Shown here in pieces: positions 10,920-20,254 of a DNA stretch of 64,000 nucleotides. Position 1 is the first letter of the stretch; each line of letters starts with the position of its first letter. The notes below the pieces were generated by a model. The model did not search any database. It saw only the letters and a program-made list of their open reading frames with translations, and had not been told where the DNA came from. The DNA comes from an uncultured bacterium. Lineage in GTDB: Bacteria; Verrucomicrobiota; Verrucomicrobiia; Verrucomicrobiales; DEV007. The position numbers were made by a program, and so were the translations under genes. The stretch covers positions 32,001-96,000 of the forward strand of contig CAXBMO010000001.1 of the NCBI GenBank assembly GCA_963977015.1. Reading direction: 5' to 3'.

Positions 10920-12317
10920 ATGTCCAAAGGCCCAAACCCTCTCAGCCGAATTCCTGCGGTCGAAAAAGTGATCAACGCGCTGGAAAAGGCGGGTTCAATT
11001 CCGGAAAAGTTACCACGTCCGCTGGTGGTCGAGACGATTCGGCAGGAGATCGCCAATCTTCGGACGCAGGTTCAGGAAGGAAATGCTGAACCGGGCGAAT
11101 TTGATGAGATCGTGGCGGGGATTCAGGGGGAATTGGAGTCGTTGAATCGTTCTCGAATCCAGCCGGTCATCAACGGAACCGGCGTTTTGATTCATACCAA
11201 TCTGGGACGCTCGCCCTTGAGCTATGCGGTCGGAGACGCGATTCGAGAAATCGGGACGGGGTACAGCAATCTGGAATTGGATCTCGATTCCGGCAATCGC
11301 GGGAAACGAGGCGGATACCTCGAACGATGCCTGGCGCTCCTTTGCAACGCGGAAGCGGCGACCCTGGCCAACAATTGCGCTTCGGCTCTCATTCTCATTT
11401 TGAAGCACCTTGCGAACGGCGAGAAAAATGAAGTGGTGATTTCGCGGGGCGAATTGGTCGAGATCGGTGGCGGTTTCCGCATTCCCGAAATCATGGAAAC
11501 CAGCGGCGCGGCTCTCAGGGAAGTTGGCGCGACCAACAAGACGTCGTTGCGGGATTACGAGAAGGCGATTGGCCCAAACACGGGCATGTTGCTCAAGGTT
11601 CACCGGTCCAATTTCTACATCGAGGGCTTTGTCGATGAGCCCAGCACCGAAGAGTTGGTCGAATTGGGCCGGCGCTATGGAATTCCGGTCGTCGAGGATC
11701 TGGGCAGCGGAGCCATGGTCCAAACCGATGCCCTGGCGCCGATTCCGCACGAACCGACCGCGCCGGAAGTGTTGGCGCGCGGTGTGGATTTGGTTTGCGT
11801 CAGCGGCGACAAGCTGTTTGGCGGGCCTCAGGCGGGAATCATCGCCGGCCGGGCGGACATCGTCGCGGGACTGAAGCAGGAGCCGTTTTTCCGGGCGTTG
11901 CGTTGCGATAAACTGATTTTGACCGGGCTCCAGGCGGTCGTGAGCGAGTATTTGAACCAGGTTGGCGATTCGATTCCGGATTTGCCGCTCACGCGGATGC
12001 TGTCACTACGCAGCGCGGAGGATCTCAAGCCCCGGGCCCAAAAACTGGTTCGAAAGATGAAGGGCCTGAACATTTCGATCGGGGAGGGAATTGCCCGTTG
12101 TGGTGGCGGAACCATGCCCAAGGCGCAGATTCCATCGCTGACCCTCGATATTCGGCCGGAAACGATGAGCGTGAACAAGTTGGCGGAGCGCCTGAGAAAG
12201 GGGACTCCGCCGGTGATGGGCTACACCTCGGAGGACTGTTACAAAATCGACCTGCGAACCGTTCATCCGGATTTGGATGCAGCGTTGGCCGAAGCTCTCC
12301 TTTCCGCCCTTTCGTAG
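10920..12317 (+). CDS. selA: L-seryl-tRNA(Sec) selenium transferase
   Basis: VINGTGVLIHTNLGR, SRGELVEIGGGFRIP, LKVHRSNF, EDLGSG, SGDKLFGGPQAG (PLP lysine). Confidence 0.95.
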   Translation: MSKGPNPLSRIPAVEKVINALEKAGSIPEKLPRPLVVETIRQEIANLRTQVQEGNAEPGEFDEIVAGIQGELESLNRSRIQPVINGTGVLIHTNLGRSPLSYAVGDAIREIGTGYSNLELDLDSGNRGKRGGYLERCLALLCNAEAATLANNCASALILILKHLANGEKNEVVISRGELVEIGGGFRIPEIMETSGAALREVGATNKTSLRDYEKAIGPNTGMLLKVHRSNFYIEGFVDEPSTEELVELGRRYGIPVVEDLGSGAMVQTDALAPIPHEPTAPEVLARGVDLVCVSGDKLFGGPQAGIIAGRADIVAGLKQEPFFRALRCDKLILTGLQAVVSEYLNQVGDSIPDLPLTRMLSLRSAEDLKPRAQKLVRKMKGLNISIGEGIARCGGGTMPKAQIPSLTLDIRPETMSVNKLAERLRKGTPPVMGYTSEDCYKIDLRTVHPDLDAALAEALLSALS

Positions 12318-12383
12318 AAGTCTCCGAACGTGAAATTCGTATTCAGTGATAGGAACGGTGGTTTGTACCCGTCGTTAAGGAGG

Positions 12384-13526
12384 ATGCCAAAATTTCCCCG
12401 TCGAGTGAATCCACTCATTCTTTGTCTGCTCCTGATGTTCGTCCCGATTTTTGCGGGCGCTCATCCGGTTCCAGCAATTCCGATTCGAGCCTATTTTCAG
12501 GAAGACGATTCGGTCACCTTTCGCGTCGAGATCGAAACGCGGGCGTTCGAGGAAAATCCGGACCAGGTTCAGTATGTCTATTTCAAAGATTTTCTGAACT
12601 TCAGCGAAAGGCAGCGGCATGAGCTGAAAAGCAAGGCAAGGGATTACGTCAGGGACCGTTTTGATCTGATTTTTGAACCGGGAGGCGAAATCGAGCCGGA
12701 CTTCAAATTTGAGTTCACCACTTGGAATAACGAGCCCCTGCGTGGGGCTTACGATTATGTGATGCTGACGGGAACGTGGACGACCGAAGTTCCCGAAGGC
12801 AGCACCGGGTACAAAGTGAAGGCAGGCGACAAGGATCAATTCGTCGTCGAATCCTACCAGTTCTGGCGAGATCAACCCTTGGAGCGCTGGGCTGCCCTGT
12901 GGCCCAATGAAATGAGCTTCGTCCGGGATTTGGCGAAACTCAGGGAGGCGGAAGTCGCGACGGAAGTCGAGACTCACGATTTTGGGCCGGTGGTTGTGAG
13001 CTATCTCCGGGCGGGATTGGTTTCGGTTTTCTCATGGCCGGGTGCCGAACTGATCATTTTTGCCCTGCTGTTGATGTTGCTGGTTCAGGAATGGAAACCT
13101 CGGGCGATTCAGGCTGTCGCGTTCCTGGGGGCGATCGCTCTGATGTTGTCGCTCGGCTCCCTTGGAATGCTCCGATTTCCGGTTTCCCTGCTGGCGTTCC
13201 TGATGGGGGCAGGTGTCCTCGTCATCGCACTCGACAATATCTTTCGACCTGGATTTACGTCATGGCGGATTTTACTCGTTACCCTTTTTGGCCTGGTTCA
13301 CGGAGCCGTCCTTGCGCGTCTTTTGGGTGATTTTCGACTGGTCGGCGATGAGGCCGCGACAGGGCTGATCGGATTTGTTGGTGGAATTGCTGCTGGGTTA
13401 CTCGCGATTTTTCTCGTCTCGTGGGCGATCACCTTCTGGGTCCGGAAACCTGTCTTTCGCAGGATGATTGCCGTTCCTGGCTCCATTGTTCTTGCCGTGG
13501 CAGGGGTGGTTTTTTTGGTCGTCTGA
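12384..13526 (+). CDS. HupE/UreJ-like membrane protein with periplasmic N-terminal domain
   Basis: Signal peptide ending AGA-HP; about six C-terminal TM helices with ALDN and FGLVHG motifs. Confidence 0.7.
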   Translation: MPKFPRRVNPLILCLLLMFVPIFAGAHPVPAIPIRAYFQEDDSVTFRVEIETRAFEENPDQVQYVYFKDFLNFSERQRHELKSKARDYVRDRFDLIFEPGGEIEPDFKFEFTTWNNEPLRGAYDYVMLTGTWTTEVPEGSTGYKVKAGDKDQFVVESYQFWRDQPLERWAALWPNEMSFVRDLAKLREAEVATEVETHDFGPVVVSYLRAGLVSVFSWPGAELIIFALLLMLLVQEWKPRAIQAVAFLGAIALMLSLGSLGMLRFPVSLLAFLMGAGVLVIALDNIFRPGFTSWRILLVTLFGLVHGAVLARLLGDFRLVGDEAATGLIGFVGGIAAGLLAIFLVSWAITFWVRKPVFRRMIAVPGSIVLAVAGVVFLVV

Positions 13527-13693
13527 ATTTTTTCGGTCTCTGTAGACAAAATTCGACCGGGGTGGCGATCCATCTCTAGTAGAATGTTGTCTTCGACAGT
13601 TTCAGAAAATTCAGGATCGGGCGCGTCGGGCCAGTCCTCTTTTGGAAGTTGTCGGAGCGAAACCTGACATTCGCATCAACTCCCTAACCACTA

Positions 13694-15202
13694 ATGATGA
13701 AAAAACGTTCATTACTTGTTGTATTTACCGTTGCTGTTGCCGCCGCGTTCCCGATCCTCGCACAGAAAGATCAGGAAGGATTGCGCGGTCGTCTTTCGAT
13801 TGAAGATTCCGCTCCGGAACGTTCCGGTCCGCTGGGCGGCTATGCGAACATTGTCGACGAAGTCTCACCCGCGGTCGTATCGATCGTGACGACAGTCGGC
13901 GCTCGCGCCCAACAAACCACAACCCTGCCGGATCTCTTCAATGATCCAATGTTTCGGCGCTTCTTCGGCGATCCGTTTGGCGACCCTAACTCACCACAAG
14001 GGCGTCAGCGCGAACCCATGCCGGCACCCAAGCGCCAAGGCCAGGGATCAGGCGTGGTGCTGACAAGCGACGGTTACATCGCGACCAACAACCACGTGAT
14101 TGAAAACGCGGAAAAAATCGAAGTCACCCTGCCCGGTGATCGTTCGAGTTACGAAGCTGAAGTTGTCGGGACTGATCCGGCGACCGATTTGGCGCTGATC
14201 AAAATCGACCGCAGCGATCTCCCCTTTGTCCAGGTTGGCGATAGCGCCCAGATGAAGCCGGGTGACACCGTTTTGGCGATCGGAAACCCATTTGGGCTTA
14301 GTCAGACAGTAACCACGGGAATCGTCAGCGCGATCGGTCGCAAGAGCCTTGGCATCACCGGCCGCAATGGCTATGAAAACTTCATCCAGACCGATGCCTC
14401 GATCAATCCCGGAAACTCCGGAGGTGCGTTGATCGACAACAAAGGTCGCCTCATTGGAATCAATACGGCCATCTTTTCGCGCTCCGGTGGCAACAACGGA
14501 ATTGGTTTTGCCATCCCCGTGAATCTGGCGGTCGACATCATGGATCGCCTGTTGGCTGATGGAGAGGTCCGCCGCGGATTCCTTGGTGTGACAATTGGCG
14601 ACGTGACTCCTGATCTGGCACAGGGATTTGGGGTCGAGCCGAAAGGAGCCCTCGTGAACGAGGTGAATCCGGATACGCCAGCCGCTGCCGCGGGAATGAA
14701 GCCAGGTGACATCATCGTCAATTTCGACGGGAACGAAGTCACCGATGTTGCGGCGCTGCGGTTTGTTGTCGCCAATACCAATCCTGGGAAAAAGGTGGAT
14801 GTGGACGTGATTCGCCAAGGAAAGACCGAAACGCTCAAGGTTCAGTTGGGCAAGCTTCCCGGTTCTGAGGTTGCCTCGACAGGACGGAGAACGGAAGGCA
14901 GTCCGTCGGCAAAGACGGAATTCCTCCCCGGGGTTGAAGTGGCTTCTCTCACCGAAGATGCTCGCAACCAGGTTAATCTTCCCGAAGGAATGAACGGCGT
15001 GGTGGTCGTGTCAGTCGATGCCAGCTCCAAGGCCGCGGACGCGGGCTTGCGCAGCGGCGATGTTGTCGTCAGCGTAAACCGTCAGAATGTTTCTTCACCG
15101 GCGGATGCTGCGAAAGCATCGAAAAATGCTTCAGGGCGGGTCATCGTTCTCCGCATTTTCAATCAGGGCGGATCTCGCTTCCTCGCTGTTGAAAAGGGAT
15201 AA
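13694..15202 (+). CDS. degP: DegP/DegQ (HtrA) periplasmic serine endoprotease with two PDZ domains
   Basis: TNNHV, TDLAL, QTDASINPGNSGG catalytic triad, GIGFAIP; two PDZ domains. Confidence 0.93.
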   Translation: MMKKRSLLVVFTVAVAAAFPILAQKDQEGLRGRLSIEDSAPERSGPLGGYANIVDEVSPAVVSIVTTVGARAQQTTTLPDLFNDPMFRRFFGDPFGDPNSPQGRQREPMPAPKRQGQGSGVVLTSDGYIATNNHVIENAEKIEVTLPGDRSSYEAEVVGTDPATDLALIKIDRSDLPFVQVGDSAQMKPGDTVLAIGNPFGLSQTVTTGIVSAIGRKSLGITGRNGYENFIQTDASINPGNSGGALIDNKGRLIGINTAIFSRSGGNNGIGFAIPVNLAVDIMDRLLADGEVRRGFLGVTIGDVTPDLAQGFGVEPKGALVNEVNPDTPAAAAGMKPGDIIVNFDGNEVTDVAALRFVVANTNPGKKVDVDVIRQGKTETLKVQLGKLPGSEVASTGRRTEGSPSAKTEFLPGVEVASLTEDARNQVNLPEGMNGVVVVSVDASSKAADAGLRSGDVVVSVNRQNVSSPADAAKASKNASGRVIVLRIFNQGGSRFLAVEKG

Positions 15203-15238
15203 TCAAAATCCGCTTTCTACCCAATCATTCTAAGTCGC

Positions 15239-15272
15239 AGGGATGAGCTCGAAAGTCGGGCTCATCCCTTTT
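15239..15272 (+). terminator. Intrinsic terminator after degP
   Basis: AGGGATGAGCTCGA-AAG-TCGGGCTCATCCCT-TTT, a 14-bp stem with one G-U pair. Confidence 0.75.
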
Positions 15273-15284
15273 CGCTGAACTTCA

Positions 15285-15761
15285 ATGCACGACCTCGAAG
15301 CCATCCTCGAACAGGCAAAGAAACACTGTACCATCGCGGTCAACGGGATTCACGGCGTGTCGCATTGGCAGCGTGTGCGCGAGAATGGCATTCGTGTTGC
15401 GGAAGTTTCGGGAGCAAACCAGGATGTGGTGGAGCTCTTTGCCTACCTTCACGATTGCTGTCGAATGAATGATTGGCTGGACCCGCGACATGGTCCGCGA
15501 GCGGCTGACTATGCAGAAACGCTGCGAGGCTCAATGATCCATTTGGCGGACGACGACTTCGCGCTCCTTTATGAGGCAATTCACGATCACACGTCCGGTC
15601 ATCATCACGAGGATGTCACGATCGGGACGTGTTGGGACGCGGATCGTCTCGACATCGGCAGAGTTGGCCGTCGTCCTTCGCGGAAGTATTTGTCGACGAA
15701 AGCGGCCAAGGACGAAGACGTCATGACGTGGGCCTACCAGCGAAGCCTGGCCGCTCGCTGA
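15285..15761 (+). CDS. Small stand-alone HD-domain phosphohydrolase
   Basis: HG.SHW.RV, LHD, HG.RAA, WDADRLD motifs. Confidence 0.85.
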   Translation: MHDLEAILEQAKKHCTIAVNGIHGVSHWQRVRENGIRVAEVSGANQDVVELFAYLHDCCRMNDWLDPRHGPRAADYAETLRGSMIHLADDDFALLYEAIHDHTSGHHHEDVTIGTCWDADRLDIGRVGRRPSRKYLSTKAAKDEDVMTWAYQRSLAAR

Positions 15762-15767
15762 AATCTT

Positions 15768-17114
15768 CTACTTGCGCAAATCGTAGGCGATGAGCCGGGA
15801 GCCGAGCGCGTTTTGGTTCACGAAAAGCAGTCCCCGGCTCAAGGCGGGCGCTCCCCAGGTTTCCGGCGCGCGGAACAGTTGGGCCTTGCTCAAGATCGTG
15901 ACTCCCTTTGGGGAGAGATCGAGCCAGAGCAGCGACCCTTGTGCGCCGAGGCAGAGAAACGCGCCGTCTGCCCGCAGCAGACTTCCACGACCGGGCAGGG
16001 CTCGGCTGGCGCCAATCTCGATGGCCAGTCCATCTCGCCAGACTTCGCGACCGGACTCTGCCTCATAACAAACCAGCTCGGTCCCACTGGCCGAACTGCC
16101 GTCGAATCCGTAGAGGTGGCCTTCATGCAAAACCGGCGTGGTAATCTGGCTCCCAAAACGAGGGGCTTTCCAGACCAGTTCGGCTTTTCCGGTCGGTGGG
16201 AACCGGATCAAGCCGCCGCCTTCGGTGTAGGATTCGGTAATAAACACACCATTCCCCACGACGACGGGAGATGCTGCGTTGACGCTGGCGAACATGCTCG
16301 CCCGCCAGGGAAACGCGCCGTCGATTTTGCCGTTTGCCGGATCGAGGCTGAGGAGGCCGCCGCTGGGAGGATTGGTCATTCCGCCGGTGAGGACCATGAC
16401 GCGTTTTTTTCCGTGAATCGTGGCCGGAACGGGCGACGCGTAGCTGGCTTGCCACTGGTGTGGGGTGGCCCAAACTTCCTTGCCCGTCTTTTTGTCGAGC
16501 GCGACGACGCAGGCTCGTCCTCCGGTGTTCAGGATCAGGTGCTCGCCCAGCACGAGGGGTGACGAACCGCGTCCGAAGAAGAACGGCGCATCGCCATACT
16601 CCTCGTTCAGGTTCTTCTTCCAGACCACCTCTCCCGTTTGGAGATGGAAGCAATGGAGATCGCCGCGGAGACCGACGCTGAACGTCAGGTCGCCATCAAT
16701 CACCGCAGGCGCGCGCGGTGCATCCTGCTGACCGTAGCTGGAGCCGAGCGTTACCGGGTAGTCGAACTTCCAATGCCGTTTCCCGGTTTCGGGATGCAGG
16801 CATTCCACCAACTCGCGGCTGTTCAATTCGTGAAAGAGCACCACGTAATCGCCCTTGACCACGGCCGGAGCGTGTCCGCTGCCGCGTTCGACCTCCCAGA
16901 TGGGCGTTGGACCGGATTCCGGCCAGTCTTTGAGCAACTGGGTTTCCGGGGAATGGAGATTGTGGTTGGGACCCAGAAAACGCGGCCAATCGGACGTAAC
17001 GGCTTCGTGATTGAGCGGTTCTGGCGCGGAATGGAAGGTGAGGCGATCGAAATCTTCCGGTTCGGCCGAAGCATAAGCGGCAAGCGCCAGAAAAAGGCAA
17101 AAATGGCGTTTCAT
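15768..17114 (-). CDS. PQQ-binding-like beta-propeller repeat protein (secreted)
   Basis: Signal peptide, DWPRFLGP, repeated SSP/ASP/TTP blades. Confidence 0.9.
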   Translation of the reverse strand: MKRHFCLFLALAAYASAEPEDFDRLTFHSAPEPLNHEAVTSDWPRFLGPNHNLHSPETQLLKDWPESGPTPIWEVERGSGHAPAVVKGDYVVLFHELNSRELVECLHPETGKRHWKFDYPVTLGSSYGQQDAPRAPAVIDGDLTFSVGLRGDLHCFHLQTGEVVWKKNLNEEYGDAPFFFGRGSSPLVLGEHLILNTGGRACVVALDKKTGKEVWATPHQWQASYASPVPATIHGKKRVMVLTGGMTNPPSGGLLSLDPANGKIDGAFPWRASMFASVNAASPVVVGNGVFITESYTEGGGLIRFPPTGKAELVWKAPRFGSQITTPVLHEGHLYGFDGSSASGTELVCYEAESGREVWRDGLAIEIGASRALPGRGSLLRADGAFLCLGAQGSLLWLDLSPKGVTILSKAQLFRAPETWGAPALSRGLLFVNQNALGSRLIAYDLRK

Positions 17115-17174
17115 AGCCGCATTCTGGTCGGCAACGGGAGAGAATGCGAACGGGAAATGCCAAGCTTCCGGGGA

Positions 17175-18587
17175 CTACTCGGGATTTTCCTTCTCGGCCT
17201 CAGCTTTCTTTTTCGCTTCTTCCTCGGCCTTCTTTGCCTTCTCGATCTCCTTCAATTCCGAGGAGGTGTAGATTTTGCGAACTTCGAAGTTTCGGCCCAA
17301 GGGCTTGGACGCTTCGTAAATCTTATCGGTCAGTTCGCGGGATTTGAGACGCAGAGCGTTCATTTGGGGCGTCACCTCGGCCATGATTGCGGCCAATCTG
17401 GCTTGATCGCCGGGAAAATTCACGCGAACACGCTTCACATCCTGCCACAAGTCGCGCAACGGGATGATGCTCGTTTCATAGCGCCTGGCATTCATGTTGG
17501 CGACGCTTTGCGCACGTTTGAACTGGGGCCGCTCCTGAAATTTGTGAATCTCCACCCCGTGAGCCAGTTCGGCGTGGGTGAACTTGTCGCCAATCTTGGT
17601 TCCGGCGATGAAGATCTGGTAGTCGCCCGCTGCGAGGCCAACCACGTGAAGCAATTCTTGGTTGAAACGTGCGTCAATATCCGCCAACTCGACCCCGATG
17701 GAAGCTTCGCCCGGCATGGCCCAGGGAAGCGCGCGCGGCTTCCAGATAAAGCTCATGTGACGATTGCTCCCGCTTAGTTGACTGATGGAACCGCCGCTGG
17801 TGCCGCTGGAGCTCCACCCGCTATCGCCGCCAACGTAGTGAACTTTGATGCTGCCGATTTTGTCCCGCTCCATCGCCAGGGTTCGGATGACTTCTCCCGC
17901 GATGACGACCGATCCACCGGGATCGGGATGAACGGCATCCGGCATCAAGCTGAATTCCACATTGGTTTTGCGGACATCCGCCGTGTAGGTGTTGAGCGGT
18001 CCCCAGGTGTCGATGAATCGCGAATCGCGCTCATAGGCCTCATCACGGAGCCAGGATCCGTACAATCCCATGACGCCGTTGTAGTTGGGAGCCATGGATT
18101 TGAGCCGGAATCGGTAGCTTTCGTCCTCCATGCGGCGTTGCCGGGTCTGAAAGTCGAACATCGGAGGCGACATCAAGAGCGGATAGCACCGGGCTCGTTT
18201 CAAGCGATCGAGCAGCAAGCGCATGTTTTCCTGATAGGCCTCGAAACGTGCTGAATTGTAGTCTTCGAACCCGCCGTCCCAGGTCCCGAGCATGATCATG
18301 CAGTAATCGAGCTTTCGCTCCAAAACGTCCTGTTCCAGGCGCTCCAGGACATCAAACGCGGTGTCGTTTTTGCAACCCGCGTTGTAGAAGATCATCCGCT
18401 TTTCGGGATAGCGGGTGTAAAAGTAGTTTTCGACGTATTGGCACCACTTCGCGCCGTAGGTGGACTCATCGCCGATGAATCCCATCGCCTGATTGTTCGA
18501 AAACTCGAAGTGATAGGGAAACGCGGAAAGGTAGGCCGTGCCCAGCCAGATGCTGACGATGAGAGAGGAAAGCAGGCGGAGGCGCAT
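17175..18587 (-). CDS. SGNH/GDSL hydrolase-fold protein (secreted; catalytic residues altered)
   Basis: Signal peptide; blocks FIGDEST, FYNAG, MLGTWDG, DAVHP. Confidence 0.75.
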   Translation of the reverse strand: MRLRLLSSLIVSIWLGTAYLSAFPYHFEFSNNQAMGFIGDESTYGAKWCQYVENYFYTRYPEKRMIFYNAGCKNDTAFDVLERLEQDVLERKLDYCMIMLGTWDGGFEDYNSARFEAYQENMRLLLDRLKRARCYPLLMSPPMFDFQTRQRRMEDESYRFRLKSMAPNYNGVMGLYGSWLRDEAYERDSRFIDTWGPLNTYTADVRKTNVEFSLMPDAVHPDPGGSVVIAGEVIRTLAMERDKIGSIKVHYVGGDSGWSSSGTSGGSISQLSGSNRHMSFIWKPRALPWAMPGEASIGVELADIDARFNQELLHVVGLAAGDYQIFIAGTKIGDKFTHAELAHGVEIHKFQERPQFKRAQSVANMNARRYETSIIPLRDLWQDVKRVRVNFPGDQARLAAIMAEVTPQMNALRLKSRELTDKIYEASKPLGRNFEVRKIYTSSELKEIEKAKKAEEEAKKKAEAEKENPE

Positions 18588-18638
18588 TTCGGCGAGATTA
18601 TATCACCGGATAGGTGGTTGGGCAGGAAAAATTCCGAA

Positions 18639-19820
18639 TCAGGAATTCTGCTCGATCAGGTCGGCAAATTCCTGGAAGAAATACTTGGCGTCGTGGGGGC
18701 CGGGAGCGGCTTCCGGGTGATACTGAACGCTGAAAACCGGGTAGTCTTTGTGGCGCAATCCTTCAACTGTGTCGTCGTTGAGGTTGATGTGCGTTACCTC
18801 GACGTTGCTCGGGAGGCTGTCGGCATCGACCGCGAATCCGTGGTTTTGCGACGTGATCGCGACTTTCCCACTGCGAAGATCCTTCACCGGCTGGTTTCCG
18901 CCACGATGGCCGAACTTCAGTTTGAAGGTCTTGCCGCCGAATGCGTGTGCCAGAACCTGGTTCCCCAGACAAATCGCAAAGATCGGCTTTTCCGTGACCA
19001 GTTTCCGGATTTCCGTGTGGACGTAATCGAGCGCTGCTGGATCTCCGGGACCGTTTGAGAGGAAGATCCCGTCAGGCTTGCGGGCCAGAACCTCTTCCGC
19101 CGATGTCTTTGCGTTGACGACATCCACCGTGAAGCCGTTTTGGCGCAAGCGACGCAAAATGTTGTATTTGATCCCAAAATCGTAAGCAACGATGTGGTGC
19201 TTGGCTTCGGGGAGCGGGCGAACCACCTCGCCGTCTGCGCGTTGGATTTGGCGATCCATCGGCTCACACGCGTTTGGAATTGTCCATTCGCGGCTTTCTT
19301 CGTCAGTAGGATCCCAGCGAAAGTTTTCTTCGGTGCTGACCTCCTTCACAAAGTCACTTCCGCTCATCGGCGGCGCATCCTTCGCCATTTGCACGGCTTG
19401 CTCAGGGGTGACGTTGGGATCAGCTGTGATCACGGCCTGCATCGCCCCCGCCGTTCGCAGATGTTTGGTCAGGGAGCGGGTGTCGATTCCCTGAATTCCG
19501 GGAATTTTCCAGCGCAGCATGTAATCGTTCAAGCTCTCGGTGGAACGCCAGTTGCTTGGAATATCGCAGAGTTCCTCGATCACGAAGCCGCGCACATGAG
19601 GATTTTTGCTTTCGGCGTCCGTCGGGTTCACCCCGTAGTTTCCAATCAACGGGTAGGTCATCGCCACAATTTGACCGCGGTAGGAGGGATCGGTCAAAAC
19701 CTCCTGGTAACCAGTCATGGATGTGTTGAAGCAGGCTTCGCCAGTCGCCGTCTCCGGCGCTCCAAAGCCGACCCCGTGAAATACCCGTCCGTCGGCGAGT
19801 GCTAGTAGAGCTGGTTTCAT
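18639..19820 (-). CDS. carA: Carbamoyl-phosphate synthase small subunit
   Basis: [40 protein letters not shown]. Confidence 0.97.
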   Translation of the reverse strand: MKPALLALADGRVFHGVGFGAPETATGEACFNTSMTGYQEVLTDPSYRGQIVAMTYPLIGNYGVNPTDAESKNPHVRGFVIEELCDIPSNWRSTESLNDYMLRWKIPGIQGIDTRSLTKHLRTAGAMQAVITADPNVTPEQAVQMAKDAPPMSGSDFVKEVSTEENFRWDPTDEESREWTIPNACEPMDRQIQRADGEVVRPLPEAKHHIVAYDFGIKYNILRRLRQNGFTVDVVNAKTSAEEVLARKPDGIFLSNGPGDPAALDYVHTEIRKLVTEKPIFAICLGNQVLAHAFGGKTFKLKFGHRGGNQPVKDLRSGKVAITSQNHGFAVDADSLPSNVEVTHINLNDDTVEGLRHKDYPVFSVQYHPEAAPGPHDAKYFFQEFADLIEQNS

Positions 19821-19847
19821 TGAGAGCGCACGATGGCAGATCAAAAC

Positions 19848-19876
19848 CAAATCTCAAATCCTCAAATCTCAAATCC
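19848..19876 (+). repeat. Short tandem heptamer repeat (CAAATCT)x4, imperfect
   Basis: CAAATCT CAAATCCT CAAATCT CAAATCC in the divergent carA/STAS spacer. Confidence 0.8.
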
Positions 19877-19914
19877 CCCTTGCCGGATGCCGTTGACGCT
19901 TTAAATTCCCGTTC

Positions 19915-20253
19915 ATGAACCTAACCAAACGGCAAGCGGACAATGGCGGTGCCATCATTGAACTGGAAGGTGATGCCGATTTGGCGGCCGCGCCGGTGTT
20001 TCAGGAAGCCGTTGAAGGCGTGATTGCGGACAATCCGCCCTTCCTCGTCATCGACTTCAGCAAGTCCACGTTCGTGAACACGCCAATCTGGGCGGTGGTG
20101 GTTCAATACTACCAACACACCACCAAGGAAAATACGGGAATGGCGGTCAGCGGTCTGCAAGGCCGGGTTGCCGCATCGTTTGGGGTTGTCAGGCTAGGCG
20201 AATTCATCAGCACTTACGATACGACCGACGAAGCTGTGGCTGCCCTTTCCTGA
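19915..20253 (+). CDS. STAS-domain anti-sigma factor antagonist
   Basis: LEGDAD, LVIDFS..TFV, F.VVRL..F, Y.T.DEAVAAL pattern; directly upstream of a PP2C/RsbW fusion. Confidence 0.85.
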   Translation: MNLTKRQADNGGAIIELEGDADLAAAPVFQEAVEGVIADNPPFLVIDFSKSTFVNTPIWAVVVQYYQHTTKENTGMAVSGLQGRVAASFGVVRLGEFISTYDTTDEAVAALS

Positions 20254-20254
20254 T

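Noticed and set aside
18639-19820. carA without adjacent carB
   Set aside because: Split carA/carB is common and not informative by itself.
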